Below are positions 42,197 to 53,539 of a stretch of DNA of 64,000 bases, in pieces. The stretch covers positions 184,938 to 248,937 of the forward strand of contig JABABV010000001.1 of NCBI GenBank assembly GCA_014238055.1, read 5' to 3'. The notes below the pieces were generated by a model. It was not told where the DNA came from and did not search any database. It saw only the letters and a list, made by a program, of their open reading frames with translations. Each line of letters starts with the position of its first letter. The stretch's first letter is position 1. The DNA comes from Mycoplasmatales bacterium. Its GTDB lineage: Bacteria; Bacillota_I; Bacilli_A; Mycoplasmatales; JABABV01. Both the position numbers and the translations under genes were made by a program.

Positions 42197-42273
42197 TGGT
42201 GCTGGAGACAGGAATCGAACCTGCAACCTACTGATTACAAGTCAGTTGCACTGCCAGGTTGTGCTACTCCAGC
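42197..42273 (-). tRNA. tRNA-Thr (UGU)
   Basis: Reverse complement GCTGGAG...CTCCAGC-A-CCA, anticodon loop CTTGTAA. Confidence 0.9.
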
Positions 42274-42289
42274 GGATAAGTTTGTATAA

Positions 42290-42365
42290 TGGTGGATTAA
42301 TTCAGGATTTTCACCTGTTCTATTAATTCTTGTAACATTAATAGATCTTTAACAAGATAATCCAT
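42290..42365 (-). pseudogene. tRNA-sized, CCA-ending tRNA-like element (degenerate)
   Basis: Reverse complement GGATTAT...TTAATCC-A-CCA (6 of 7 acceptor pairs). No D-arm. Perfect 9-bp stem TCTATTAAT/ATTAATAGA with 9-nt loop GTTACAAGA. T-arm CAGG-TGAAAAT-CCTG lacks the TTC motif. Confidence 0.4.
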
Positions 42366-42366
42366 A

Positions 42367-42442
42367 TGGTGGGGCGTACAGGGCTCGAACCTGTGACCCC
42401 GTGCTTGTAAGGCACGTGCTCTCCCAACTGAGCTAACGCCCC
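42367..42442 (-). tRNA. tRNA-Val (UAC)
   Basis: Reverse complement GGGGCGT...ACGCCCC-A-CCA, anticodon loop CTTACAA. Confidence 0.9.
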
Positions 42443-42448
42443 ATATAA

Positions 42449-42524
42449 TGGTGACCCGTACGGGGTTTGAACCCGTGAATGCATGCGTGAAAGGCATGTG
42501 TGTTGACCGCTTCACCAACGGGCC
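42449..42524 (-). tRNA. tRNA-Glu (UUC)
   Basis: Reverse complement GGCCCGT...ACGGGTC-A-CCA, anticodon loop CTTTCAC. Confidence 0.9.
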
Positions 42525-42528
42525 ATAA

Positions 42529-42603
42529 TGGCGCCATGTATAGGATTTGAACCTATGACCAATCGGTTAACAGCCGATTGCTCTACCACTGAGCTAACAT
42601 GGC
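42529..42603 (-). tRNA. tRNA-Asn (GUU)
   Basis: Reverse complement GCCATGT...ACATGGC-G-CCA, anticodon loop CTGTTAA. Confidence 0.9.
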
Positions 42604-42722
42604 AAAATTAATAATTTTATAATTGATACTTTTATTTGATTTGCTTACATATAATAGCATATGAATTGTATAATATCAAGTATAAAATTAAATTTTTTGA
42701 GTTTATTTTAAGTTTATTTTAT

Positions 42723-44015
42723 TTAAAATAATTTTTTCATAATAACAGTTTGTTTTCTACCAGGTCCAACTGAAAAGATAGACAACTCTAAATCAGTTAA
42801 TTCTTTTATTTTAAGTAAATAATTTTGAGCGTTTTTAGGTAGTTGCGCAAAACTAGTAACATTAGTAATATCTTCGCTTCAACCAGCCATATTAATATAT
42901 ACAGGCTCAATTTTAGATATAGTTGCATTATCACCAGGGTAATTGTTGATCACTTTATTATTTATTTTATAATCAACACAAATTTTAATTTCTGAAATCC
43001 CAGTAAGCACATCTAATAATGTAACGGCAATGTCAGTTATCCCTGAAACTCGTTTAGCATGTTTTAAAGCAGGTACATCTAATCAACCAATTCGACGTGG
43101 TCTTTTAGTTACTGTTCCATACTCGTTTCCACATTCTCTAATTTGATGAGCTAAAGCATCATCTATTTCTGTAGGAAACGGTCCGCCACCAACTCTAGTA
43201 GTATAAGCTTTAACTATTCCTAGCACTTTATTTACATAAGCAGGTTTTATCCCACAATATAGAGGGATTGCTGCTGCTGTTGGCGAAGATGAAGTTACCA
43301 TTGGATAAGTTCCGTGTTCGATACATAGAAGCACTCCTTGCGCTCCTTCGAAAAGAACTTTTTTGTTAGCTTCAATAGCGTTATTAATTAATAAAGAAGT
43401 ATCAGTTACGAAAGGAGCGATCTTTTGCGCAATTGCTTCATATTCATTAAATAATTCATCAGCATTAATTTCAGCTAATCCATAAGCTTTAAATAAAATA
43501 TTTTTTTCTCGTAATAATTCGTTTAGTTTAGTTTTAAAAACATCTGGTTTGATGAATTCTCCAACACGAACTCCAATACGACTATATTTATCGCCATAAG
43601 CTGGACCGATACCTTTTTTAGTAGTACCAATACTATTTTTACCTTTAGCAATTTCACGAGCACCGTCTAATTCTTGATGCAAGTCAAAAATAATATGAGC
43701 ACGATCAGAAATAAATAAGTTCTTATTTACGATTCCTTGGTTTTTTAAAATCTTTAATTCATTTAAAAAAGCTTTTGGATTAATAACCATTCCATTTGCA
43801 AGGACGTTATCTACTCCAGGAGTTAATACTCCAGAAGGAATTAAAGTTAGTTTATATTTAATATTATCTACTACGATAGTATGTCCGGCGTTGTTACCAC
43901 CTTGAAAACGTACTACCATGTCAGATTCTTGCGAAGCAAAATCAGTAATTTTACCTTTTCCTTCATCGCCTCATTGACTACCAACGATAGCTAATGTATT
44001 AATATTGTTTTTCAT
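42723..44015 (-). CDS. purA: Adenylosuccinate synthetase
   Basis: VGSQWGDEGKGKITD, FQGGNNAGHT, TTKKGIGPAY. Confidence 0.95.
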
Positions 44016-44035
44016 GTTAAACTCCTGAATTATTT

Positions 44036-45328
44036 TTAAAGACCGGTTCTTTTATAAATTGTGTCAACTCATTTTAAATGAAAATTAACATCAAACAGTT
44101 TTGTTATTTCAACTTTAGTTAAAATTTTATTGATTGCTTCACTATTATTAACAGCTGCGAAAAAATCACTATTATTATCAAAACAATGAGATGCTATCTT
44201 TTGAACAATGTCATAAGAAAATTCACGTGAATTTCCTTTATTTATGATCGCTGTCATAACTTGTTGAGTGTAAATTAAACCTTTAGTTTTAGCTACGTTC
44301 TTAGCTACATTTTTTTCATTGACGATTAATCTATCAATAATGTTAGTAGTTCTTTTTAACATATAATCAATTAATGTAGTGGCGTCTTGTAAAACGATTC
44401 TTTCTGCTGATGAATGGGAAATATCACGTTCATGTCATAAAGCAACGTTTTCAAAACTAGGTATTAAATAACCACGTAAAACTCTAACTAACCCATTAAT
44501 GTTTTCTGAAGAAATTGGATTTCTTTTATGGGGCATTGCGCTCGAACCTTTTTGATTAGGTCCAAATCCTTCTTGAAATTCTTGAACTTCCGTTCTTTGT
44601 AAATGACGAACTTCTAAAGTAATTTTTTCTAATAAAGTTCCAATTAAAGTAATCGCACTAATATATTGAGCGTGACGATCTCTTTGTAAAACTTGCGTTG
44701 AAATAGCCGCTGAATTAATGCCTAATTTCTTACACACTTCGTCTTGAATTTCTGGTGTTGTGTTGGCGAAAGTACCTACCGCTCCAGAAATTTTACCAAT
44801 TTCAATATTATCACAAGCATCATAAAAAACTTTTGAAATACGTTTTAAATCGCTATATCATAGCGCAAATTTTAGTCCTATAGTCGTAATTTCAGCATGA
44901 ATACCATGAGTTCGACCAATAGTAACTAGTTTTTTATAAGTTAATGCCTTTTCTTTTAAAGCAATTTTTATTTTTTCTAAATCACTTTTAATAACATCAT
45001 TAACTAATTTTAAACGATAACCTTGAGCTGTATCAACAACGTCAGTTGAAGTAAGTCCATAATGAACTCATTTTTTCTCTTCGCCTAAACTTTCGCTAAC
45101 TGTTCTCGTAAAAGAAATAACATCATGACGAAGAACTTTTTCTAGTTCATGAATTCTTTCGATATTAAATTTAGCATTTTTTTTAATTAAATCGAGATCT
45201 TTTTGCGGCATTTTACCTTGTTTAGTTAAAACTTCACAAACAGCGATTTCAATTTTTAATCAAATATCAAATTTAGTTTGATCACTTCAAAGTTTTGTTA
45301 ATTCTGGTTTGCTATATCTGGCAATCAT
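44036..45328 (-). CDS. purB: Adenylosuccinate lyase
   Basis: MIARYSKPELTKLWSD..., GSSAMPHKRNP signature. Fragments share one frame. Confidence 0.95.
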
Positions 45329-45352
45329 ATTAAACACTCCATAATTTTGATA

Positions 45353-46315
45353 TTAATAATTTGAATATTTTAATACTACATAACTAACAGTTTTTAGAGA
45401 TGAGGTAGTTTTTCCCCCAGCATAAGAAATTGAAGATTGTAAATCTTGTTCCATAGTTCTTAAAGTTTCTCAAATTGATCCACGAACTTTAATAATTTCT
45501 CTTTTACCTTCAACGTATCGTTTTTCACCTTTATTATATTCTGATGCAGAACCGAAGTATTCTTTATATTTTACTCCGTTTTCCATAACTAATTTTCCAG
45601 GAGACTCGATATGAGCCGCAAACATAGAACCAACCATTGATAAAGTTGCTCCAAAACGAATTGACTTAGCGATGTCACCATTAACTCTTAAACCACCATC
45701 AGCGATGATTGGTTTAGTAGCTGCTTTTGAACATCATTTGATGTTTGATAATTGTCATCCACCAGATCCAAATCCAGTTTTTAATTTAGTTATACATACT
45801 TTACCAGGTCCAACTCCAACTTTAGTAGCGTCGGCTCCTCAGTTTTCTAAATCACGTACTGCTTCAGGAGTAGCTACATTACCAGCTATAACAAAAACTT
45901 TACGTCCTAGTCTTCTTTTTATATATCTAATCATTAAACGAACACTATCAGCGTGTCCATGAGCAATATCAATTGTAATAAAGTCTGGTCTAATTCCAGC
46001 TTCTTGAAATTGATCTACTACTGCAAAATCGGCTTTTTTAACTCCAATTGAAATCGAAGAAACTAAATTTAGTTCTTGCATTTTTTTAACAAAAGTAAAA
46101 CTATCGAAATTAAAACGATGCATAATATAGAAATAGTTTTTTTTAGCTAATTCAATTGCTAATTCTTCGTTGATAACTGTTTTCATATTTGCTAAAACTA
46201 CAGGCATTTTAAATTTAAATTTACCTAGTTTAACTGATGTTTCACATTCGGTTCTTGAGCTAACTACACATTTATTTGGTAGAAGCATTACGTCTTCATA
46301 ATCGAAAATTCTCAT
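45353..46315 (-). CDS. guaC: GMP reductase
   Basis: GAGG before ATG 46315. [16 protein letters not shown]..., [18 protein letters not shown]. The longer track start (46384) lies inside the upstream palindrome. Confidence 0.9.
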
Positions 46316-46352
46316 TTTATCACCTCTGTTTATTATAGTATAAAAAAGATAA

Positions 46353-46416
46353 AAACACAAGATTTTATTAGTTTTTTTTAACACGTGTATAAAAAAACTA
46401 ATAAAATCTTGTGTTT
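46353..46416. terminator. 64-nt near-perfect palindrome / bidirectional terminator
   Basis: 26-bp perfect arms AAACACAAGATTTTATTAGTTTTTTT / AAAAAAACTAATAAAATCTTGTGTTT. The 12-nt loop itself contains the palindrome ACACGTGT. Confidence 0.65.
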
Positions 46417-46431
46417 AATTAAAAAGTATAA

Positions 46432-47190
46432 CTAATTACCTATTGATAAAACCACAATTTGTTTTACTATTAATGCCAAAATAGTTAATCAAAGAATAAT
46501 TGTTACGTGTTTGTTATTTACTTTTAAGTGAATTTCAGTTCCAATTAAAGAACCAAGCACTGCTCCGATAATAATAACAAAGTATCATCATTCATAACTA
46601 ACGTTTCCTTTCGCTAATAAAGTAAACGCCCCAGTCAATGCTGTAAATGATTTTACTAACATTGCTGTAGTGGCTGCTTTTTTAGATTTAAAATTAAAGA
46701 ATATCATTAATCCAGGAACTAATAAAATTCCTCCACCAATTCCTAAAGAACCAGATGCTAATCCAACAAATGCTCCTAAAAAACAAGATAGTCATATTGG
46801 ATATTTAAATTTTAAGCGCGTTTTAAAAAACATTAAAACAGCTATTATTAATAATAAAATCAAAAATATTAAATTAAACATAAATTGATTATCCGCTAAT
46901 TTTGGAGCTACATAAAAAGAACCCACAAATTCAGCTGGAATTGCTAATGATAAAATAAACAATCAAGCTTTATAATTCGGTTTTGAATTTTGTAAATATT
47001 TATAATTCGAAATTAATGACATCACAAATATTGCAGATAGTGAATATAGTGTTGCACTTTCACTATTGATCCCCATTCAAATCATGATCGGCATCATAAT
47101 AACTCCGCCACCGATACCAATGATTCCACCTAATGACGTCGCTAGAAATCCTGCTAAAATTAACAACATTACTATTTCATATACTGGCAT
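46432..47190 (-). CDS. TauE/SafE (DUF81) family anion exporter membrane protein
   Basis: Two internal repeats, each with a GIGGG motif (LGGIIGIGGGVIMMP; GSLGIGGGILLVPGL). TAG at 46434-46432. Confidence 0.7.
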
Positions 47191-47278
47191 AAATTTCCTT
47201 CTTTCATATTTTTATAATACTAAAAATTAGTCATTATAATATTCGTTAGAATTATAATAACTAATCATTATAGCATTA

Positions 47279-47983
47279 CTAATTATAATTATCAATAATT
47301 ATAACATATTCACCTTTTATCTTTGGTGGTAATGACTCGATAATTTCAGAAGCTGTCCCATAAGATAGCGTTTCATATATCTTTGTTAATTCTTTAGCAA
47401 CTAAAACTTGTTGATTTGGAAAGATTTCTGAAATATCGATTAGAGTTTTTTCTAACTTATAAGGTGAACAATAAAAAATTAATGAGAAAGGCATTCCTGA
47501 TAATTTTTTTAGTTCAGTTTTACGTTTATTTACTTTTGGAGTTAAAAATCCATAAAAAATAAATTTATGATAAAACCCCGAAGCAGCCATAGCATCAACT
47601 AAAGCGCAAGGCCCAGGTATAACTGTTAAATTAAAATCATGTTCTTTAACTAAATTAACTACTCGATATCCTGGATCAGAAATAGTTGGCATACCAGCAT
47701 CACTTACTAAGGCAATATTTTTACCAGATTTTAAATATTCAATAATTAAATTACTAATATTTTTTTCGTTGTGATTATGATAAGTTATCAAAGTTTTTCC
47801 TTTAATCTCTAAAGCTGACAATAATTTTCTTGTATTTCTTTGATCTTCACAAGCAATAAAATCAACTTCATTTAAAGTTGCAATGGCTCTTTTAGAAATA
47901 TCATTTAAATTTCCTATCGGAGTCGCTACAATGAATAAAGTTGATTTTTCATCTTGGTCGATAAAGGGTTTTATAGTTTTCAT
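47279..47983 (-). CDS. rsmI: 16S rRNA (cytidine1402-2'-O)-methyltransferase
   Basis: LFIVATPIGNLNDIS, ACEDQRNTRKLL, SDAGMPTISDPG. Confidence 0.9.
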   Translation of the reverse strand: MKTIKPFIDQDEKSTLFIVATPIGNLNDISKRAIATLNEVDFIACEDQRNTRKLLSALEIKGKTLITYHNHNEKNISNLIIEYLKSGKNIALVSDAGMPTISDPGYRVVNLVKEHDFNLTVIPGPCALVDAMAASGFYHKFIFYGFLTPKVNKRKTELKKLSGMPFSLIFYCSPYKLEKTLIDISEIFPNQQVLVAKELTKIYETLSYGTASEIIESLPPKIKGEYVIIIDNYN

Positions 47984-48001
47984 AAAAACTCCTTTATTTA
48001 T

Positions 48002-48154
48002 TTATTTTTTATTTTTTTGATTAGCTTTATCTTCATCAGTTCCATAATCATCCATATCATCCATACTTAGATCAGAAATTTTATAACGTTTACCTGTTTT
48101 TGGATCGATTCAAGGTAATTCGTCATTTTGATTTTGTTTATGTTTTAATCCCAT
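48002..48154 (-). CDS. Small acidic hypothetical protein (50 aa)
   Basis: ATG 48154 lies 13 nt after the nrdJ stop with AAAGAG upstream. MGLKHKQNQNDELPWIDPKTGKRYKISDLSMDDMDDYGTDEDKANQKNKK. One TGA. Fills the nrdJ-rsmI gap. Confidence 0.4.
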
Positions 48155-48167
48155 AAAATCACTCTTT

Positions 48168-50684
48168 CTATAGTCCGCATTTTAATTGGGCACCACAATT
48201 AATACAAGTATTGCATCCACCTAATTCTTTAACGATACCTTCAGTACAAATCGGACAAATATTGTCTATTTCAACACCAATTGAACGTTCATGTTTTGAA
48301 CCACGTAAATTACCATCTAATTTTTCATTAATTTCTTTAACTTGTTCACTATTATTTAATTTTATATCTTTATCTTTAGCTTCCTCAGCATCACTTAAAT
48401 TATTTTCTTCAGCTGATAAAGTTAAAACTTGAGATTCACGTGAACCATCAACATAGACAGTTCCTCCTTTAGCGCCACCTTTATAAAGCTGTGAATAAAT
48501 TTCTTCAACTTGTTTAACGCTATATCCTTTAGGAGCATTAACCGTTTTTGAAATTGAAGAATCTACTCATTTTTGAATAATTAATTGTACTCCGACATGT
48601 TCTGAAGGACTCAATTCCATAGCACTAACAAAAATATCTGGTAATTTATTTTTTTCATCAAAATTATTTAATTCCATTCATTCTTGAACGATTGGTTGGT
48701 TTACTTCCATAAATTTACCTAATCTTCCAGAACGGTAATATTTAAACGCAAAATAAGGTTCTAGTCCTGTTGATACTCCAACCATAGTTCCAGTTGAACC
48801 AGTTGGTGCAATTGTTAAAATATGAGAATTTCTAATTCCGTATTTTAAAATACCTTCTTTTATTTTTGGATTTAATTGCGATACAAATCCAGTATTAATC
48901 ATTTTTTCACGATCTTTTAAAAACGGAAATGAACCTTTTTCTTTCGATAATTCGATTGAATATAAATAACCAGTCTCAGTTATACATTTCATTACTTTAT
49001 TAATTAATTTATTTGCTGATGGTGAACCGTAACGTTCTCCAGCTCAAATTAACATATCATGAAGACCCATGATTCCCATACCTAAACGACGTTCTCCCAA
49101 TGCTTGAGTTGAGTTTTCATCTAAAAAGTAAGGCGTTCCGTCAATAACATTATCTTGCATACGTACACAAGTTCTAACACTAGTTTTTAATTTATTAAAA
49201 TTAATTTCACCAGTTTTACGATCAACGAAGTTTGCTAAATTGATAGCAGCTAAATTACAAACAGAATAAGGTGCTAACGGTTGTTCTCCACAAGGATTAG
49301 TACAAACTACTTTTTGACCATATGCTTTGGCATTTGTCATTGAGTTAGCAGTATCCATGAAAAATACTCCTGGTTCAGCTGAATAAGTGGCACAAAAATT
49401 AATTAAATCTCATAAAGTTTTCGCTTTTAAAGTTAAGTATTTTTTAACCGGTTTTCCTAAAGCTTCTCATTCTCTTACATCACCCATTTTTTGTCATTCA
49501 GTGTCATAAAACTTTTTATCTTCTGCATTAAGAGCATCTACATCAGGAAATTTTAAAGTTCAATCAGCGTCTTGTTCAACAGCTTTCATAAAATCATCAG
49601 AAATAGATACAGAAATATTTGCTCCAGTTAAAAATTCAGGATTTTCAACTTCTCAAACACCAGATTCTTTAATTATTTTATGAGACTCTGTTGTTAATGT
49701 TTGATTTTCTTTAGCTAATATTTTTTCAATAACAGAAACAGAATGATTGCTTAAAGGTTTAAATACTAATTTTTCAGCAGCTAATTTACGAATGTAGGCA
49801 TGTTCTGATTTATCTTTTAAAAACTGTAAAATATTAGAATTTTGCATTTTTGAAATCATAAATTCTAGAATATCTGGATGTCAATCAGAAAGCATAATCA
49901 TTTGAGCTCCACGACGTGATCCACCTTGTTCAACTAAATGCGTTAAGTTAGCAATGTCATTTAATCAAGAAACAGCTCCTGATGATTTACCTCCAACACC
50001 TTTAGCTAAAGCTCCTCTTGGTCTAAGAGTAGAACCGTTAGTCCCGACTCCTCCACCTCTTGACATTATTTCCATAACTTGTTCACGATGACGAGAAATT
50101 CCAGTTCTTGAATCTTGAATAAATGGCATAACAAAACAATTAAAGTAAGTTACGTCAAATCCACTTCCAGCACCAAATAATACTCTTCCAGCAGGAATAA
50201 TATTTAATTCAGAAATTTCTTTCGACATTTTAGCAGTTCAACTATCTCTAGCTTCTTGAGTAATTTCTTGACCAGCTAAACTTTTACCAACACGTTTAGC
50301 AATTTGTTCAAAATAAATTTCTAACGGTTTATCAATTTCTTTTTTAGGTCGATTAATAATTCCGGTTTCTAATTCTTCACCAGTTAAAGAACCTCAAAAT
50401 TCTTCTTCTAATTTAACATCTACGCTTTCAGCATAAATTTTTTGAATAACTCCGATTCCCTTTGTCGGATATTTAGGATCGTGTTTAACTAATGTTAAAA
50501 CTAAATCGCCTTCTTTTAAAGTTTTTAAATCAATATCTTTTTGAGCATAACGATCTAACATAACTAATCTTGAAACGCTATCTCTTGATAATTTCATAGT
50601 TTTATTATTGATTGTTTCAAGGTGAGGGTAAAAACTTTCAATAGCTTCGTTAATAGATTTAACTATCTGTTTCGAATATTTCAT
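48168..50684 (-). CDS. nrdJ: Class II (adenosylcobalamin-type) ribonucleotide reductase NrdJ-like, with C-terminal Cys4 zinc-ribbon (838 aa)
   Basis: Single polypeptide; five fragments in one frame. RLVMLDRYAQKD N-terminus, TNPCGEQPL active-site loop, and C-terminal CPICTEG...GGCNTCINCG. No nrdF- or nrdI-like gene is adjacent. Confidence 0.7.
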
Positions 50685-51058
50685 TCAAACACAACCTTCT
50701 TTATTCTTATTTAAATTTTCTTTTTATATTTTATAAATAAAGTGTATAATTATTTATGTTTTTTTATAAAATTTTTCTTATATCTTCTAATTCAGTATAA
50801 TGAAGTATACCATACATAATGTTGTTGATGCGTCTTTTGTTTTATACATTTTATTTTACAATATTATTCTTAAAATTATACAAAAATTTTAAAAATATAA
50901 CATAATTATCAAAATCTTTTCAATATAAAAGCTAAATAAAATATTATTTAAAAAAATATCTTATTTGACCTTTAAAAAATAAATAATATGCTATATAATG
51001 ATTATAATAAATATTAAGAAAAACCTTAATATAATTATATATTTTTCAAGGAGTAAAG

Positions 51059-51646
51059 ATGGAGTCAACTAAAGGTAATATGGAGTTAATTGTAGGTCCT
51101 ATGTTTTCTGGTAAAAGTGAAGAATTAATTCGTAGAGTTAACCGATTAAAATATGCGAAAATAAATTTTTTAGTTTTTAAGCCGATGATCGATACTAGAA
51201 GCACTCAAATAAAATCTAGAAATGGTTTAACTGTTAAAGCTATTAACATTTCTAACATAGATAAAATAAAAGACATCGTTTTAAAATTTAAACCTCAAGT
51301 AGTTATTTTTGATGAAATTCAATTTTTCGATAAGAAAATAACTGTATTACTAAATGAATTAGCTAATGAAGGTATGCGTATTATCGCTTCAGGTTTAGAT
51401 AAAGATTTTCGCGGTATACCTTTCGGTCCTATGCCAGAACTATTAGCTTATGCTGACAAAATAACTAAGCTACAAGCTGTCTGTTTAGATTGTGGTAAAG
51501 ATGCTATTTATACTCAAAGATTAGTTAATGGTAAAGCAGCCCATTATAATGAACCTATCATTCAAATTGGTAGCGAAGAGAGTTACGAAGCTAGATGTCG
51601 AGATCATCATGACATACCAGGTAAATCACTTTATTCTACTATTTAA
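51059..51646 (+). CDS. tdk: Thymidine kinase
   Basis: AAGGAG before the ATG. GPMFSGKSEEL P-loop, FDEIQFF, and C-terminal zinc motif CLDCG...CRDHH. Confidence 0.95.
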   Translation: MESTKGNMELIVGPMFSGKSEELIRRVNRLKYAKINFLVFKPMIDTRSTQIKSRNGLTVKAINISNIDKIKDIVLKFKPQVVIFDEIQFFDKKITVLLNELANEGMRIIASGLDKDFRGIPFGPMPELLAYADKITKLQAVCLDCGKDAIYTQRLVNGKAAHYNEPIIQIGSEESYEARCRDHHDIPGKSLYSTI

Positions 51647-51652
51647 AAAAAT

Positions 51653-51673
51653 AAAAAACAAAGATTGTTTTTT
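51653..51673. terminator. Weak AT-rich hairpin between convergent tdk and folA
   Basis: AAAAAACA / TGTTTTTT with a 5-nt loop and T-run. Very low stability. Confidence 0.3.
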
Positions 51674-52139
51674 ATTTTTTTTTATAAATTTTAAAACTAA
51701 ATTGTGGGAATTCTTCTTCTTTAATTAAACTAAATTTATTAAAATCTATATCAATCATATAAACATCCCCAGGGAATTCTTGTTTTATATAAGAGACATA
51801 CAATTTGTTGACAACATTCTTTAAACTACTAAATAAATTAGCGCCACCAATAACAAAAATTTCTTCTTTAGAAGCGGTGAAATTTTTAATTATATCTGAG
51901 ATATTATTAATTAATTTTACACTTTCAGGGACATCATAATTCACGTTTCTAGTCACTACGATATTTTCTCTGTTAGGAAGTACAGTTTTTAATCCATCTC
52001 AAGTTTTTCGACCCATAATAATTTTATGATTTAAAGTAATTTTTTTAAAATTTTGTAATTCACTTTTTATTCTTCAAGGTAGTTTATTTTTTAATCCAAT
52101 AACTCCTGAATCAGTTTGTGCTCATATGAAAGAAATCAT
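51672..52139 (-). CDS. folA: Dihydrofolate reductase
   Basis: MISFIWAQTDSGVIGLKNKLPW..., IMGRKTW, VIGGANLF. The ATG immediately follows the thyA stop. Confidence 0.85.
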
Positions 52140-53006
52140 TTATATAGCAACTTTACCTTTAATAGTTGGCATCGGATCATAATCAACAATTTCAAAATCA
52201 TCAAATTTAAAATCATCAATATTTTTAACATCTCTTTTAATTATTAATTTAGGAGTTTTTTTAGGTGTTCTACTTAATTGTTCATTTATTTGTTTTAGAT
52301 GATTCATATATATATGAGTATCACCAGTTGAATGAATAAATTCGCCTACTTCTAAACCTACTACTTTAGCTACCATATGAGTTAAAAAAGCGTAAGAAGC
52401 AATATTAAAAGGTACTCCTAAAAATACATCAGCCGATCTTTGATATAACTGACAAGATAGTTTATTATTATTTACATAAAACTGGAAGAATGCATGACAA
52501 GGTGGCAGTGCCATTTTATGAATTAAAGGCGGATTTCAAGCACTAACAATTATTCTTCTTGAAGTAGGGTTAGTTTTTAATGTTTCAATAGCTTCTTTAA
52601 TTTGATCGAACCCATTAAAATCTCTTCATTGTTTTCCATAAACTGGACCTAAATCGCCATATTTATGTGCGAAAGCATCATCAGTTTTAATTTTTTCAAC
52701 AAAATCAGCCATAGTTTCATTATTATAATCATCACTATTTTTAAAAGATTGAAAAGGTCATTCATTTCAAATACGAACATTATTCTCTACTAAATATTTT
52801 ATATTAGTATCACCTTTTATAAATCATAATAATTCATGTAATATTGATCTAATATGAATTTTTTTAGTAGTTAATAGTGGGAAACCTTCTTCTAAGTTGT
52901 ATCTAGTTTGTGTACCAAAATACGATATTGTACCCGTCCCTGTACGATCTTCTTTTTTAGTACCTTTTTCTAAAATTAATTTACATAAATCAAGATATTG
53001 TTTCAT
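52140..53006 (-). CDS. thyA: Thymidylate synthase
   Basis: [20 protein letters not shown] (catalytic Cys), [17 protein letters not shown]. Confidence 0.95.
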
Positions 53007-53020
53007 ATATTTTACCTCAT

Positions 53021-53539
53021 TTAGTAATTTGTAATTTGTCTTTTGTGATTAATTTTATTCTTAATATCATAAACTTTTAATAATTCAGTTTCATTTCCAA
53101 AAACATATTTATTAAACATATCAATATATTCTCAAATTTTAATGATTGAAGTTTCAGGTACACTAGCTAAATTTATAAAACTGAAAAATAATTGACCAAT
53201 ATTATCTTTATCTATTTTCTTTTTTGAATTAGATATTGAGTTATAAAATTCTTCTATACCAATATTATTATCTATAATATATTTTTGAGCAATTGATAAA
53301 GCAAAATGAATTACATCAATTAATTCTTCTTTTACTTTTTGAGTATCAGAATTTTTTTTACTTCAATATTTAAATCATTTAACTTCATTTGCAAATTCAA
53401 CAATTTCAGTTAAAAGAGCGAAGCGACGTTTATAAATTAAATTTGAATTTTCTATTTTATCGATACGTTTCATAATTTCTAAATCTAATTTTGATTGTTT
53501 TTCCAACAACTCTATATAATTATTTAAAGATATTAACAT
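53021..53539 (-). CDS. All-alpha dimeric-type dUTPase family (dUTPase_2-like) NTP pyrophosphatase
   Basis: [20 protein letters not shown] and [14 protein letters not shown] match the two metal-binding helix motifs of dimeric dUTPases. Sits between thyA and the tmk operon. Confidence 0.55.

Noticed and set aside
42028-42518. ORFs 42028-42234(+) and 42297-42518(-)
   Set aside because: Same artefact as above: reading frames running through the six-tRNA operon.
45672-45962. Plus-strand ORF 45672-45962
   Set aside because: Antisense to the highly conserved guaC coding sequence.
46316-46384. Upstream start of guaC ([14 protein letters not shown]...)
   Set aside because: The extension lies inside the terminator palindrome. 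The conserved GuaC N-terminus MRIFDYED follows a GAGG SD at 46315.
50685-51058. Possible NrdR box or cobalamin riboswitch upstream of nrdJ
   Set aside because: I found only a weak near-palindrome (ACATAATGT) and no GC-containing B12-box-like core or multi-helix structure. The evidence is not sufficient to call either element.
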